Positions 38,099 to 57,454 of a stretch of 64,000 nucleotides of DNA are shown one piece after another. The position numbers were made by a program, and so were the translations under genes. Position 1 is the first letter of the stretch. Every line of letters begins with the position of its first letter. The notes under the pieces are model-generated. The model saw only the letters and a program-made list of their open reading frames with translations, did not search any database and had not been told where the DNA came from. Source of the stretch: the human T2T-CHM13v2.0 reference genome, Homo sapiens; assembly GCF_009914755.1 (NCBI RefSeq), contig NC_060948.1; one strand, given 5' to 3'.

Positions 38099-40203
38099 AG
38101 ATCCATATTTTTTAAATGAAAAAAAATTTCAACGGTACTCTGCTTGGTACAATAATCAAATGTATAAACTGAGGAATAAAACATAACCATGAAACCTACT
38201 TATAACTGCATATGGAAAATACAGAGGATAATTTTTTAAATAACATATTTTGAAAGCCTTAACTAGTAATTTGAAGAGTTGGCATTTGAAAGGCCAGTAT
38301 GAATATACCTTCAAAGCAGCAACACAGGTTCCCCATGAGAAAAAGCAAACACAGGGAAAATAAAAACACAAAGGTTCAATCTATTCTGACCTTTGAAAGA
38401 CACAGCACAGACAGTGGTCCTTAGGACGAAGAGCAGGAGACCCCTAATTCCGTCACCATGGCGATAGGGCATAAACATTGCTGGGTGAGGGCACAATCCA
38501 CATTGTGAGGTCCAACTGCTGCCAGGAAGACAGGAGTGCTTTTACATAGACCGAAAGGTCATTGAAGGCTCAGAGTTTTGTTTCAAGAACTGAATCCCAA
38601 GCCCACACGTTATTAGGCTGCGCTTCTTAAAACAAGTTATGAGATGGGAAAAAGGGCACCCACAAACATACGTATACATTATGTACATAATAATATACAG
38701 TATCATATATATAATATATATAACCTATGTATAATATTGTTTTACATCCTGCATCTTATGTTATATATATTGTATAAAATATAATAACTGATAATATATA
38801 AGTTTTATAATTATACAATATGACATATAGTATATATTATAATTTATGACATATATAATATATGTTATATATCATATATAGAATATATTATACGGTTAAT
38901 ATACGTATTAAATATAAATTATACATTATATATATTATATATAATATATCTGTTATATATAATACCCATTATGCATAATATATATATTATGTCTATGTTA
39001 TATATAGTATAAAACAACATATAATAATATATAATTGTATATATAAAATGCGACATATAATATATATTATATTTTATAACATATGTAATATATATTATAT
39101 ATTATATATAATACGTTGTATGTATAATACCTATATTAAATATATATTATATGACTATGTTATTAATTACATGTCACATGTGTTATATATTATATATTTT
39201 ACGTAGAATATACCGGTTACATACAATATATACTATGATACCTATAATGTATAATTTATTACATGTAAAATAAAGAATGCAATATATTATGTATAATTTA
39301 TAATATACAATATGTGGAATGTGATATATATAACATATAATATATGATATATGATATACAGTATATGATATATAACATACAGTGTATGATTCCTAATATA
39401 TATGGTATACAATATATATTTTATGATATGTATTCTATATGTTTTATATTCTGTTATATATAACTATTTGAAATTATATATAACTGTATAATATTTTATG
39501 TAAATATGTAATATAATATATATAAGTATATAATATATTATATATAACTATATATTATGTTATATATACTTTTATAACATAATTTACATAAAATATCATA
39601 ATATAATATATATTATATTATTTCATATTACATAATATATATTACATATCACCCAATATAACTAACATACATAATATTATAATATAGATTATATTATGTT
39701 ATATTAAATATCATATATATCATGTATCATATATTCTATAATATATATTACACATTATATAATATGTATGTTGTCTATTATGTGATATATATAACTATAT
39801 ATATAATTATATTTTTATACATATAACTAGATAAACATGTAATTCTACATCTTTTCATTTATAATATGTAGAATTATATAATCATATATAATTATTTATA
39901 TTCTATAAAAAATTTTATCATTATATATATTATAATATATAAAAATTATAATATGTACTACACATATATATATTATATATCATATATGATATAGTACCAT
40001 TGTTATATATCATAATACATATAAATGTGTATTATGTTATCTATAATTATATAATTTCATATATAAGATGTATAATATGTATCATATATTATATATGTTA
40101 TGTAATATATATAGTATATATAAGATGACACAGGATAAATATTATATACTATGACATATAAAATATATGAGGTTATATGTTACATATAAGGCATAGCACA
40201 TAA

Positions 40204-40518
<315 letters not shown>

Positions 40519-42644
40519 AGATCCATATTTTTTAAATGAAAAAAAATTTCAAAGGTACTCTGCTTGGTACAATAATCAAATGTATAAACTGAGGAATAAA
40601 ACATAACCATGAAACCTACTTATAACTGCATATGGAAAATACAGAGGATAATTTTTTAAATAACATATTTTGAAAGCCTTAACTAGTAATTTGAAGAGTT
40701 GGCATTTGAAAGGCCAGTATGAATATACCTTCAAAGCAGCAACACAGGTTCCCCATGAGAAAAAGCAAACACAGGGAAAATAAAAACACAAAGGTTCAAT
40801 CTCTTCTGACCTTTGAAAGACACAGCACAGACAGCGGTCCTTAGGACGAAGAGCAGGAGACCCCTAATTCCGTCACCATGGCGATAGGGCATAAACATTG
40901 CTGGGTGAGGGCACAATCCACATTGTGAGGTCCAACTGCTGCCAGGAAGACAGGAGTGCTTTTACATAGACCGAAAGGTCATTGAAGGCTCAGAGTTTTG
41001 TTTCAAGAACTGAATCCCAAGCCCACACGTTATTAGGCTGCGCTTCTTAAAACAAGTTATGAGATGGGAAAAAGAGCACCCACAAACATACGTATACATT
41101 ATGTATAATAATATACAGTATCATATATATAATATATATAAACTATGTATAATATTGTTTTACATCCTGCATCTTATGTAATATATATTGTATAAAATAT
41201 AATAATTGATAATATATAAGTTTTATATTTATACAATATGACATATAGTATATATTATAATTTATGACATTTATAATATATGTTATATATCATATATAGA
41301 ATATATTATACGGTTAATATACGTATTAAATATAAATTATACATTATATATATTATATATAATATATCTGTTATATATAATACCCATTATGCATAATATA
41401 TATATTATGTCTATGTTATATATAGTATAAAACAACATATAATAATATATAATTGTATATATAAAATGCGACATAGAATATATATTATATTTTATAACAT
41501 ATGTAATATATATTATATATTATATATAATACGTTGTATGTATAATACCTATATTAAATATATATTATATGACTATGTTATTAATTACATGTCACATGTG
41601 TTATATATTATATATTTTACATAGAATATACCGGTTACATACAATATATACTATGTTACCTATAATGTATAATTTATTACATGTAAAATAAAGAATGCAA
41701 TATATTATGTATAATTTATAATATACAATATGTGGAATGTGATATATATAACATATAATATATGATATATGATATACAGTATATGATATATAACATACAA
41801 TATATGATTCCTAATATATATGGTATACAATATATATTTTATGATATGTATTCTATATGTTTTATATTCTGTTATATATAACTATTTGAAATTATATATA
41901 ACTGTATAATATTTTATGTAAATATGTAATATAATATATATAAATATATAATATATTATATATAACTATATATTATGTTATATATACTTTTATAACATAA
42001 TTTACATAAAATATCATAATATAATATATATTATATTATTTCATATTACATAATATATATTACATATCACCCAATATAACTAACATACATAATATTATAA
42101 TATAGATTATATTGTGTTATATTAAATATCATATATATCATGTATCATATATTCTATAATATATATTACACATTATATAATATGTATGTTGTCTATTATG
42201 TGATATATATAACTATATATATAATTATATTTTTATACATATAACTAGATAAGCATGTAATTCTACATATTTTCATTTATAATATGTAGAATTATATAAT
42301 CATATATAATTATTTATATTCTATAAAAAATTTTATCATTATATAAATTATAATATATAAAAATTATAATATGTACTACAAATATATATATTATATATCA
42401 TATATGATATAGTACCTTTGTTATATATCATAATACATATAAATGTGTATTATGTTATCTATAATTATATAATTTCATATATAAGATGTATAATATGTAT
42501 CATATATTATATATGTTATGTAATATATATAGTATATATAAGATGACACAGGATAAATATTATATACTATGACATATAAAATATATGAGGTTATATGTTA
42601 CATATAAGGCATAGCACATAACATGTAATATATATCATATATAA

Positions 42645-42936
42645 TTTTTTTTTAGACAGAATCTTGTCCTGTTGCACAGGGTGGGGTACAATGGCGCCAT
42701 CTTTGCTCACTGCAACTTCTGCCTCACGGGTCCAAGCGATTGTCTTCCCTCAGCCTCCCAGGTAGCTGGGACTACACCACACTGGGACTACACCAGCTGC
42801 CACCATGCCTAGCTAATTTTTTGGATTTTTAGTAGTGACAGCGTTTCAGTGTATTGGCCAGGACGGTCTTGATCTCTTCACCTTGTGATCCCCTTGCCTT
42901 GGCCTCCAAATTTGCTGGGATTACAGGCCTGAGCCA
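42645..42936 (-). mobile_element. Alu copy, U18
   Basis: Homologous to U1 Alu. Confidence 0.95.
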
Positions 42937-45040
42937 AGATCCATATTTTTTAAATGAAAAAAAATTTCAAAGGTACTCTGCTTGGTACAATAATCAAATG
43001 TATAAACTGAGGAATAAAACATAACCATGAAACCTACTTATAACTGCATATGGAAAATACAGAGGATAATTTTTTAAATAACATATTTTGAAAGCCTTAA
43101 CTAGTAATTTGAAGAGTTGGCATTTGAAAGGCCAGTATGAATATACCTTCAAAGCAGCAACACAGGTTCCCCATGAGAAAAAGCAAACACAGGGAAAATA
43201 AAAACACAAAGGTTCAATCTCTTCTGACCTTTGAAAGACACAGCACAGACAGTGGTCCTTAGGACGAAGAGCAGGAGACCCCTAATTCCGTCACCATGGC
43301 GATAGGGCATAAACATTGCTGGGTGAGGGCACAATCCACATTGTGAGGTCCAACTGCTGCCAGGAAGACAGGAGTGCTTTTACATAGACCGAAAGGTCAT
43401 TGAAGGCTCAGAGTTTTCTTTCAAGAACTGAATCCCAAGCCCACACGTTATTAGGCTGCGCTTCTTAAAACAAGTTATGAGATGGGAAAAAGGGCACCCA
43501 CAAACATACGTATACATTATGTATATAATAATATACAGTATCATATATATAATATATATAACCTATGTATAATATTGTTTTACATCCTGCATCTTATGTT
43601 ATATATATTGTATAAAATATAATAATTGATAATATATAAGTTTTATAATTATACAATATGACATATAGTATATATTATAATTTATGACATATATAATATA
43701 TGTTATATGTCATATATAGAATATATTATACGGTTAATATACGTATTAAATATAAATTATACATTATATATATTATATATAATATATCTGTTATATATAA
43801 TACCCATTATGCATAATATATATATTATGTCTATGTTATATATAGTATAAAACAACATATAATAATATATAATTGTATATATAAAATGCGACATATAATA
43901 TATATTATATTTTATAACATATGTAATATATATTATATATTATATATAATACGTTGTATGTATAATACCTATATTAAATATATATTATATGACTATGTTA
44001 TTAATTACATGTCACATGTGTTATATATTATATATTTTACATAGAATATACCGGTTACATACAATATATACTATGTTACCTATAATGTATAATTTATTAC
44101 ATGTAAAATAAAGAATGCAATATATTATGTATAATTTATAATATACAATATGTGGAATGTGATATATGTAACATATAATATATGATATATGATATACAGT
44201 ATATGATATATAACATACAATATATGATTCCTAATATATATGGTATACAATATATATTTTATGATATGTATTCTATATGTTTTATATTCTGTTATATATA
44301 ACTATTTGAAATTATATATAACTGTATAATATTTTATGTAAATATGTAATATAATATATATAACTATATAATATATTATATATAACTATATATTATGTTA
44401 TATATACTTTTATAACATAATTTACATAAAATATCATCATATAATATATATTATATTATTTCATATTACATAATATATATTACATATCACCCAATATAAC
44501 TAACATACATAATATTATAATATAGATTATATTATGTTATATTAAATATCATATATATCATGTATCATATATTCTATAATATATATTACACATTATATAA
44601 TATGTATGTTGTCTATTATGTGATATATATAACTATATATATAATTATATTTTTATACATATAACTGGATAAACATGTAATTCTACATATTTTCATTTAT
44701 AATATGTAGAATTATATAATCATATATAATTTTTTATATTCTATAAAAAATTTATCATTTTATAAATTATAATATATAAAAATTATAATATGTACTACAA
44801 ATATATATATTATATATCATATATGATATAGTACCATTGTTATATATCATAATACATATAAATGTGTATTATGTTATCTATAATTATATAATTTCATATA
44901 TAAGATGTATAATATGTATCATATATTATATATGTTATGTAATATATATAGTATATATAAGATGACACAGGATAAATATTATATACTATAACATATAAAA
45001 TATATGAGGTTATATGTTACATATAAGGCATAGCACATAA

Positions 45041-45355
<315 letters not shown>

Positions 45356-47462
45356 AGATCCATATTTTTTAAATGAAAAAAAATTTCAAAGGTACTCTGC
45401 TTGGTACAATAATCAAATGTATAAACTGAGGAATAAAACATAACCATGAAACCTACTTATAACTGCATATGGAAAATACAGAGGATAATTTTTTAAATAA
45501 CATATTTTGAAAGCCTTAACTAGTAATTTGAAGAGTTGGCATTTGAAAGGCCAGTATGAATATACCTTCAAAGCAGCAACACAGGTTCCCCATGAGAAAA
45601 AGCAAACACAGGGAAAATAAAAACACAAAGGTTCAATCTCTTCTGACCTTTGAAAGACACAGCACAGACAGTGGTCCTTAGGACGAAGAGCAGGAGACCC
45701 CTAATTCCGTCACCATGGCGATAGGGCATAAACATTGCTGGGTGAGGGCACAATCCACATTGTGAGGTCCAACTGCTGCCAGGAAGACAGGAGTGCTTTT
45801 ACATAGACCGAAAGGTCATTGAAGGCTCAGAGTTTTGTTTCAAGAACTGAATCCCAAGCCCACACGTTATTAGGCTGCGCTTCTTAAAACAAGTTATGAG
45901 ATGGGAAAAAGGGCACCCACAAACATACGTATACATTATGTATATAATAATATACAGTATCATATATATAATATATATAACCTATGTATAATATTGTTTT
46001 ACATCCTGCATCCTATGTTATATATATTGTATAAAATATAATAATTGATAATATATAAGTTTTATAATTATACAATATGACATATAGTATATATTATAAT
46101 TTATGACATATATAATATATGTTATATATCATATATAGAATATATTATACGGTTAATATACGTATTAAATATAAATTATACATTATATATATTATATATA
46201 ATATATCTGTTATATATAATACCCATTATGCATAATATATATATTATGTCTATGTTATATATAGTATAAAACAACATATAATAATATATAATTGTATATA
46301 TAAAATGTGACATATAATATATATTATATTTTATAACATATGTAATATATATTATATATTATATATAATACGTTGTATGTATAATACCTATATTAAATAT
46401 ATATTATATGACTATGTTATTAATTACATGTCACATGTGTTATATATTATATATTTTACATAGAATATACCGGTTACATACAATATATACTATGTTACCT
46501 ATAATGTATAATTTATTACATGTAAAATAAAGAATGCAATATATTATGTATAATTTATAATATACAATATGTGGAATGTGATATATGTAACATATAATAT
46601 ATGATATATGATATACAGTATATGATATATAACATACAATATATGATTCCTAATATATATGGTATACAATATATATTTTATGATATGTATTCTATATGTT
46701 TTATGTTCTGTTATATATAACTATTTGAAATTATATATAACTGTATAATATTTTATGTAAATATGTAATATAATATATATAACTATATAATATATTATAT
46801 ATAACTATATATTATGTTATATATACTTTTATAACATAATTTACATAAAATATCATGATATAATATATATTATAATATTTCATATTACATAATATATATT
46901 ACATATCACCCAATATAACTAACATACATAATATTATAATATAGATTATATTATGTTATATTAAATATCATATATATCATGTATCATATATTCTATAATA
47001 TATATTACACATTATATAATATGTATGTTGTCTATTATGTGATATATATAACTATATATATAATTATATTTTTATACATATAACTAGATAAACATGTAAT
47101 TCTACATATTTTCATTTATAATATGTAGAATTATATAATCATATATAATTATTTATATTCTATAAAAAATTTTATCATTATATAAATTATAATATATAAA
47201 AATTATAATATGTACTACAAATATATATATATTATATATCATATATGATATAGTACCTTTGTTATATATCATAATACATATAAATGTGTATTATGTTATC
47301 TATAATTATATAATTTCATATATAAGATGTATAATATGTATCATATATTATATATGTTATGTAATATATATAGTATATATAAGATGACACAGGATAAATA
47401 TTATATACTATGACATATAAAATATATGAGGTTATTTGTTACATATAAGGCATAGCACATAA

Positions 47463-47777
<315 letters not shown>

Positions 47778-49882
47778 AGATCCATATTTTTTAAATGAAA
47801 AAAAATTTCAAAGGTACTCTGCTTGGTACAATAATCAAATGTATAAACTGAGGAATAAAACATAACCATGAAACCTACTTATAACTGCATATGGAAAATA
47901 CAGAGGATAATTTTTTAAATAACATATTTTGAAAGCCTTAACTAGTAATTTGAAGAGTTGGCATTTGAAAGGCCAGTATGAATATACCTTCAAAGCAGCA
48001 ACACAGGTTCCCCATGAGAAAAAGCAAACACAGGGAAAAAAAAAACACAAAGGTTCAATCTCTTCTGACCTTTGAAAGACACAGCACAGACAGTGGTCCT
48101 TAGGACGAAGAGCAGGAGACCCCTAATTCCGTCACCATGGCGATAGGGCATAAACATTGCTGGGTGAGGGCACAATCCACATTGTGAGGTCCAACTGCTG
48201 CCAGGAAGACAGGAGTGCTTTTACATAGACCGAAAGGTCATTGAAGGCTCAGAGTTTTGTTTCAAGAACTGAATCCCAAGCCCACACGTTATTAGGCTGC
48301 GCTTCTTAAAACAAGTTATGAGATGGGAAAAAGGGCACCCACAAACATACGTATACATTATGTATATAATAATATACAGTATCATATATATAATATATAT
48401 AACCTATGTATAATATTGTTTTACATCCTGCATCTTATGTTATATATATTGTATAAAATATAATAATTGATAATATATAAGTTTTATAATTATACAATAT
48501 GACATATAGTATATATTATAATTTATGACATATATAATATATGTTATATATCATATATAGAATATATTATACGGTTAATATACGTATTAAATATAAATTA
48601 TACATTATATATATTATATATAATATATCTGTTATATATAATACCCATTATGCATAATATATATATTATGTCTATGTTATATATAGTATAAAACAACATA
48701 TAATAATATATAATTGTATATATAAAATGCGACATATAATATATATTATATTTTATAACATATGTAATATATATTATATATTATATATAATACGTTGTAT
48801 GTATAATACCTATATTAAATATATATTATATGACTATGTTATTAATTACATGTCACATGTGTTATATATTATATATTTTACGTAGAATATACCGGTTACA
48901 TACAATATATACTATGTTACCTATAATGTATAATTTATTACATGTAAAATAAAGAATGCAATATATTATGTAAAATTTATAATATACAATATGTGGAATG
49001 TGATATATATAACATATAATATATGATATATGATATACAGTATATGATATATAACATACAATATATGATTCCTAATATATATGGTATACAATATATATTT
49101 TATGATATGTATTCTATAGGTTTTATATTCTGTTATATATAACTATTTGAAATTATATATAACTGTATAATATTTTATGTAAATATGAAATATAATATAT
49201 ATAACTATATAATATATTATATATAACTATATATTATGTTATATATACTTTTATAACATAATTTACATAAAATATCATAATATAATATATATTATAATAT
49301 TTCATATTACATAATATATATTACATATCACCCAATATAACTAACATACATAATATTATAATATAGATTATATTATGTTATATTAAATATCATATATATC
49401 ATGTATCATATATTCTATAATATATATTACACATTATATAATATGTATGTTGTCTATTATGTGATATATATAACTATATATATAATTATATTTTTATACA
49501 TATAACTAGATAAACATGTAATTCTACATATTTTCATTTATAATATGTAGAATTATATAATCATATATAATTATTTATATTCTATAAAAAATTTTATCAT
49601 TATATAAATTATAATATATAAAAATTATAATATGTACTACACATATATATATTATATATCATATATGATATAGTACCTTTGTTATATATCATAATACATA
49701 TAAATGTGTATTTTGTTATCTATAATTATATAATTTCATATATAAGATGTATAATATGTATCATATATTATATATGTTATGTAATATATATAGTATATAT
49801 AAGATGACACAGGATAAATATTATATACTATGACATATAAAATATATGAGGTTATATGTTACATATAAGGCATAGCACATAA

Positions 49883-50197
<315 letters not shown>

Positions 50198-52320
50198 AGA
50201 TCCATATTTTTTAAATGAAAAAAAATTTCAAAGGTACTCTGCTTGGTACAATAATCAAATGTATAAACTGAGGAATAAAACATAACCATGAAACCTACTT
50301 ATAACTGCATATGGAAAATACAGAGGATAATTTTTTAAATAACATATTTTGAAAGCCTTAACTAGTAATTTGAAGAGTTGGCATTTGAAAGGCCAGTATG
50401 AATATACCTTCAAAGCAGCAACACAGGTTCCCCATGAGAAAAAGCAAACACAGGGAAAATAAAAACACAAAGGTTCAATCTCTTCTGACCTTTGAAAGAC
50501 ACAGCACAGACAGTGGTCCTTAGGACGAAGAGCAGGAGACCCCTAATTCCGTCACCATGGCGATAGGGCATAAACATTGCAGGGTGAGGGCACAATCCAC
50601 ATTGTGAGGTCCAACTGCTGCCAGGAAGACAGGAGTGCTTTTACATAGACCGAAAGGTCATTGAAGGCTCAGAGTTTTGTTTCAAGAACTGAATCCCAAG
50701 CCCACACGTTATTAGGCTGCGCTTCTTAAAACAAGTTATGAGATGGGAAAAAGGGCACCCACAAACATACGTATACATTATGTATATAATAATATACAGT
50801 ATCATATATATAATATATATAACCTATGTATAATATTGTTTTACATCCTGCATCTTATGTTATATATATTGTATAAAATATAATAATTGATAATATATAA
50901 GTTTTATAATTATACAATATGACATAGAGTATATATTATAATTTATGACATATATAATATATGTTATATATCATATATAGAATATATTATACGGTTAATA
51001 TACGTATTAAATATAAATTATACATTATATATATTATATATAATATATCTGTTATATATAATACCCATTATGCATAATATATATATTATGTCTATGTTAT
51101 ATATAGTATAAAACAACATATAATAATATATAATTGTATATATAAAATGCGACATATAATATATATTATATTTTATAACATATGTAATATATATTATATA
51201 TAATACGTTGTATGTATAATACCTATATTAAATATATATTATATGACTATGTTATTAATTACATGTCACATGTGTTATATATTATATATTTTACATAGAA
51301 TATACCGGTTACATACAATATATACTATGTTACCTATAATGTATAATTTATTACATGTAAAATAAAGAATGCAATATATTATGTATAATTTATAATATAC
51401 AATATGTGGAATGTGATATATGTAACATATAATATATGATATATGATATACAGTATATGATATATAACATACAATATATGATTCCTAATATATATGGTAT
51501 ACAATATATATTTTATGATATGTATTCTATATGTTTTATATTCTGTTATATATAACTATTTGAAATTATATATAACTGTATAATATTTTATGTAAATATG
51601 TAATATAATATATATAACTATATAATATATTATATATAACTATATATTATGTTATATATACTTTTATAACATAATTTACATAAAATATCATAATATAATA
51701 TATATTATAATATTTCATATTACATAATATATATTACATATCACCCAATATAACTAACATACATAATATTATAATATAGATTATATTACGTTATATTAAA
51801 TATCATATATATCATGTATCATATATTCTATAATATATATTACACATTATATAATATGTATGTTGTCTATTATGTGATATATATAACTATATATATAATT
51901 ACATTTTTATACATATAACTGGATAAACATGTAATTCTACATATTTTCATTTATAATATGTAGAATTATATAATCATATATAATTATTTATATTCTATAA
52001 AAAATTTTATCATTAAATAAATTATAATATATAAAAATTATAATATGTACTACAAATATATATATATTATATATCATATATGATATAGTACCTTTGTTAT
52101 ATATCATAATACATATAAATGTGTATTATGTTATCTATAATTATATAATTTCATATATAAGATGTATAATATGTATCATATATTATATATGTTATGTAAT
52201 ATATATAGTATATATAAGATGACACAGGATAAATATTATATACTATGACATATAAAATATATGAGGTTATATGTTACATATAAGGCATAGCACATAACAT
52301 GTAATATATATCATGTATAA

Positions 52321-52612
52321 TTTTTTTTTAGACAGAATCATGTCCTGTTGCACAGGGTGGGGTACAATGGCGCCATCTTTGCTCACTGCAACTTCTGCCT
52401 CACGGGTCCAAGCGATTGTCCTCCCTCAGCCTCCCAGGTAGCTGGGACTACACCACACTGGGACTACACCAGCTGCCACCATGCCTAGCTAATTTTTTGG
52501 ATTTTTAGTAGTGACAGCGTTTCACTGTATTGGCCAGGATGGTCTTGATCTCTTCACCTTGTGATTCCCTTGCCTTGGCCTCCAAATTTGCTGGGATTAC
52601 AGGCCTGAGCCA
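52321..52612 (-). mobile_element. Alu copy, U22
   Basis: Homologous to U1 Alu. Confidence 0.95.
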
Positions 52613-54719
52613 AGATCCATATTTTTTAAATGAAAAAAAATTTCAAAGGTACTCTGCTTGGTACAATAATCAAATGTATAAACTGAGGAATAAAACATAA
52701 CCATGAAACCTACTTATAACTGCATATGGAAAATACAGAGGATAATTTTTTAAATAACATATTTTGAAAGCCTTAACTAGTAATTTGAAGAGTTGGCATT
52801 TGAAAGGCCAGTATGAATATACCTTCAAAGCAGCAACACAGGTTCCCCATGAGAAAAAGCAAACACAGGGAAAATAAAAACACAAAGGTTCAATCTCTTC
52901 TGACCTTTGAAAGACACAGCACAGACAGTGGTCCTTAGGACGAAGAGCAGGAGACCCCTAATTCCGTCACCATGGCGATAGGGCATAAACATTGCAGGGT
53001 GAGGGCACAATCCACATTGTGAGGTCCAACTGCTGCCAGGAAGACAGGAGTGCTTTTACATAGACCGAAAGGTCATTGAAGGCTCAGAGTTTTGTTTCAA
53101 GAACTGAATCCCAAGCCCACACGTTATTAGGCTGCGCTTCTTAAAACAAGTTATGAGATGGGAAAAAGGGCACCCACAAACATACGTATACATTATGTAT
53201 ATAATAATATACAGTATCATATATATAATATATATAACCTATGTATAATATTGTTTTACATCCTGCATCCTATGTTATATATATTGTATAAAATATAATA
53301 ATTGATAATATATAAGTTTTATAATTATACAATATGACATATAGTATATATTATAATTTATGACATATATAATATATGTTATATATCATATATAGAATAT
53401 ATTATACGGTTAATATACGTATTAAATATAAATTATACATTATATATATTATATATAATATATCTGTTATATATAATACCCATTATGCATAATATATATA
53501 TTATGTCTATGTTATATATAGTATAAAACAACATATAATAATATATAATTGTATATATAAAATGTGACATATAATATATATTATATTTTATAACATATGT
53601 AATATATATTATATATTATATATAATACGTTGTATGTATAATACCTATATTAAATATATATTATATGACTATGTTATTAATTACATGTCACATGTGTTAT
53701 ATATTATATATTTTACATAGAATATACCGGTTACATACAATATATACTATGTTACCTATAATGTATAATTTATTACATGTAAAATAAAGAATGCAATATA
53801 TTATGTATAATTTATAATATACAATATGTGGAATGTGATATATGTAACATATAATATATGATATATGATATACAGTATATGATATATAACATACAATATA
53901 TGATTCCTAATATATATGGTATACAATATATATTTTATGATATGTATTCTATATGTTTTATATTCTGTTATATATAACTATTTGAAATTATATATAACTG
54001 TATAATATTTTATGTAAATATGTAATATAATATATATAACTATATAATATATTATATATAACTATATATTATGTTATATATACTTTTATAACATAATTTA
54101 CATAAAATATCATAATATAATATATATTATAATATTTCATATTACATAATATATATTACATATCACCCAATATAACTAACATACATAATATTATAATATA
54201 GATTATATTATGTTATATTAAATATCATATATATCATGTATCATATATTCTATAATATATATTACACATTATATAATATGTATGTTGTCTATTATGTGAT
54301 ATATATAACTATATATATAATTATATTTTTATACATATAACTAGATAAACATGTAATTCTACATATTTTCATTTATAATATGTAGAATTATATAATCATA
54401 TATAATTATTTATATTCTATAAAAAATTTTATCATTATATAAATTATAATATATAAAAATTATAGTATGTACTACAAATATATATATATTATATATCATA
54501 TATGATATAGTACCTTTGTTATATATCATAATACATATAAATGTGTATTATGTTATCTATAATTATATAATTTCATATATAAGATGTATAATATGTATCA
54601 TATATTATATATGTTATGTAATATATATAGTATATATAAGATGACACAGGATAAATATTATATACTATGACATATAAAATATATGAGGTTATTTGTTACA
54701 TATAAGGCATAGCACATAA

Positions 54720-55034
<315 letters not shown>

Positions 55035-57139
55035 AGATCCATATTTTTTAAATGAAAAAAAATTTCAAAGGTACTCTGCTTGGTACAATAATCAAATGTA
55101 TAAACTGAGGAATAAAACATAACCATGAAACCTACTTATAACTGCATATGGAAAATACAGAGGATAATTTTTTAAATAACATATTTTGAAAGCCTTAACT
55201 AGTAATTTGAAGAGTTGGCATTTGAAAGGCCAGTATGAATATACCTTCAAAGCAGCAACACAGGTTCCCCATGAGAAAAAGCAAACACAGGGAAAATAAA
55301 AACACAAAGGTTCAATCTCTTCTGACCTTTGAAAGACACAGCACAGACAGTGGTCCTTAGGACGAAGAGCAGGAGACCCCTAATTCCGTCACCATGGCGA
55401 TAGGGCATAAACATTGCTGGGTGAGGGCACAATCCACATTGTGAGGTCCAACTGCTGCCAGGAAGACAGGAGTGCTTTTACATAGACCGAAAGGTCATTG
55501 AAGGCTCAGAGTTTTGTTTCAAGAACTGAATCCCAAGCCCACACGTTATTAGGCTGCGCTTCTTAAAACAAGTTATGAGATGGGAAAAAGGGCACCCACA
55601 AACATACGTATACATTATGTATATAATAATATACAGTATCATATATATAATATATATAACCTATGTATAATATTGTTTTACATCCTGCATCTTATGTTAT
55701 ATATATTGTATAAAATATAATAATTGATAATATATAAGTTTTATAATTATACAATATGACATATAGTATATATTATAATTTATGACATATATAATATATG
55801 TTATATATCATATATAGAATATATTATACGGTTAATATACGTATTAAATATAAATTATACATTATATATATTTTATATAATATATCTGTTATATATAATA
55901 CCCATTATGCATAATATATATATTATGTCTATGTTATATATAGTATAAAACAACATATAATAATATATAATTGTATATATAAAATGCGACATATAATATA
56001 TATTATATTTTATAACATATGTAATATATATTATATATTATATATAATACGTTGTATGTATAATACCTATATTAAATATATATTATATGACTATGTTATT
56101 AATTACATGTCACATGTGTTATATATTATATATTTTACGTAGAATATACCGGTTACATACAATATATACTATGTTACCTATAATGTATAATTTATTATAT
56201 GTAAAATAAAGAATGCAATATATTATGTAAAATTTATAATATACAATATGTGGAATGTGATATATATAACATATAATATATGATATATGATATACAGTAT
56301 ATGATATATAACATACAATATATGATTCCTAATATATATGGTATACAATATATATTTTATGATATGTATTCTATATGTTTTATATTCTGTTATATATAAC
56401 TATTTGAAATTATATATAACTGTATAATATTTTATGTAAATATGAAATATAATATATATAACTATATAATATATTATATATAACTATATATTATGTTATA
56501 TATACTTTTATAACATAATTTACATAAAATATCATAATATAATATATATTATATTATTTCATATTACCTTATATATATTACATATCACCCAATATAACTA
56601 ACATACATAATATTATAATATAGATTATATTATGTTATATTAAATATCATATATATCATGTATCATATATTCTATAATATATATTACACATTATATAATA
56701 TGTATGTTGTCTATTATGTGATATATATAACTATATATATAATTATATTTTTATACATATAACTAGATAAACATGTAATTCTACATATTTTCATTTATAA
56801 TATGTAGAATTATATAATCATATATAATTATTTATATTCTATAAAAAATTTTATCATTATATAAATTATAATATATAAAAATTATAATATGTACTACACA
56901 TATATATATTATATATCATATATGATATAGTACCTTTGTTATATATCATAATACATATAAATGTGTATTATGTTATCTATAATTATATAATTTCATATAT
57001 AAGATGTATAATATGTATCATATATTATATATGTTATGTAATATATATAGTATATATAAGATGACACAGGATAAATATTATATACTATGACATATAAAAT
57101 ATATGAGGTTATATGTTACATATAAGGCATAGCACATAA

Positions 57140-57454
<315 letters not shown>

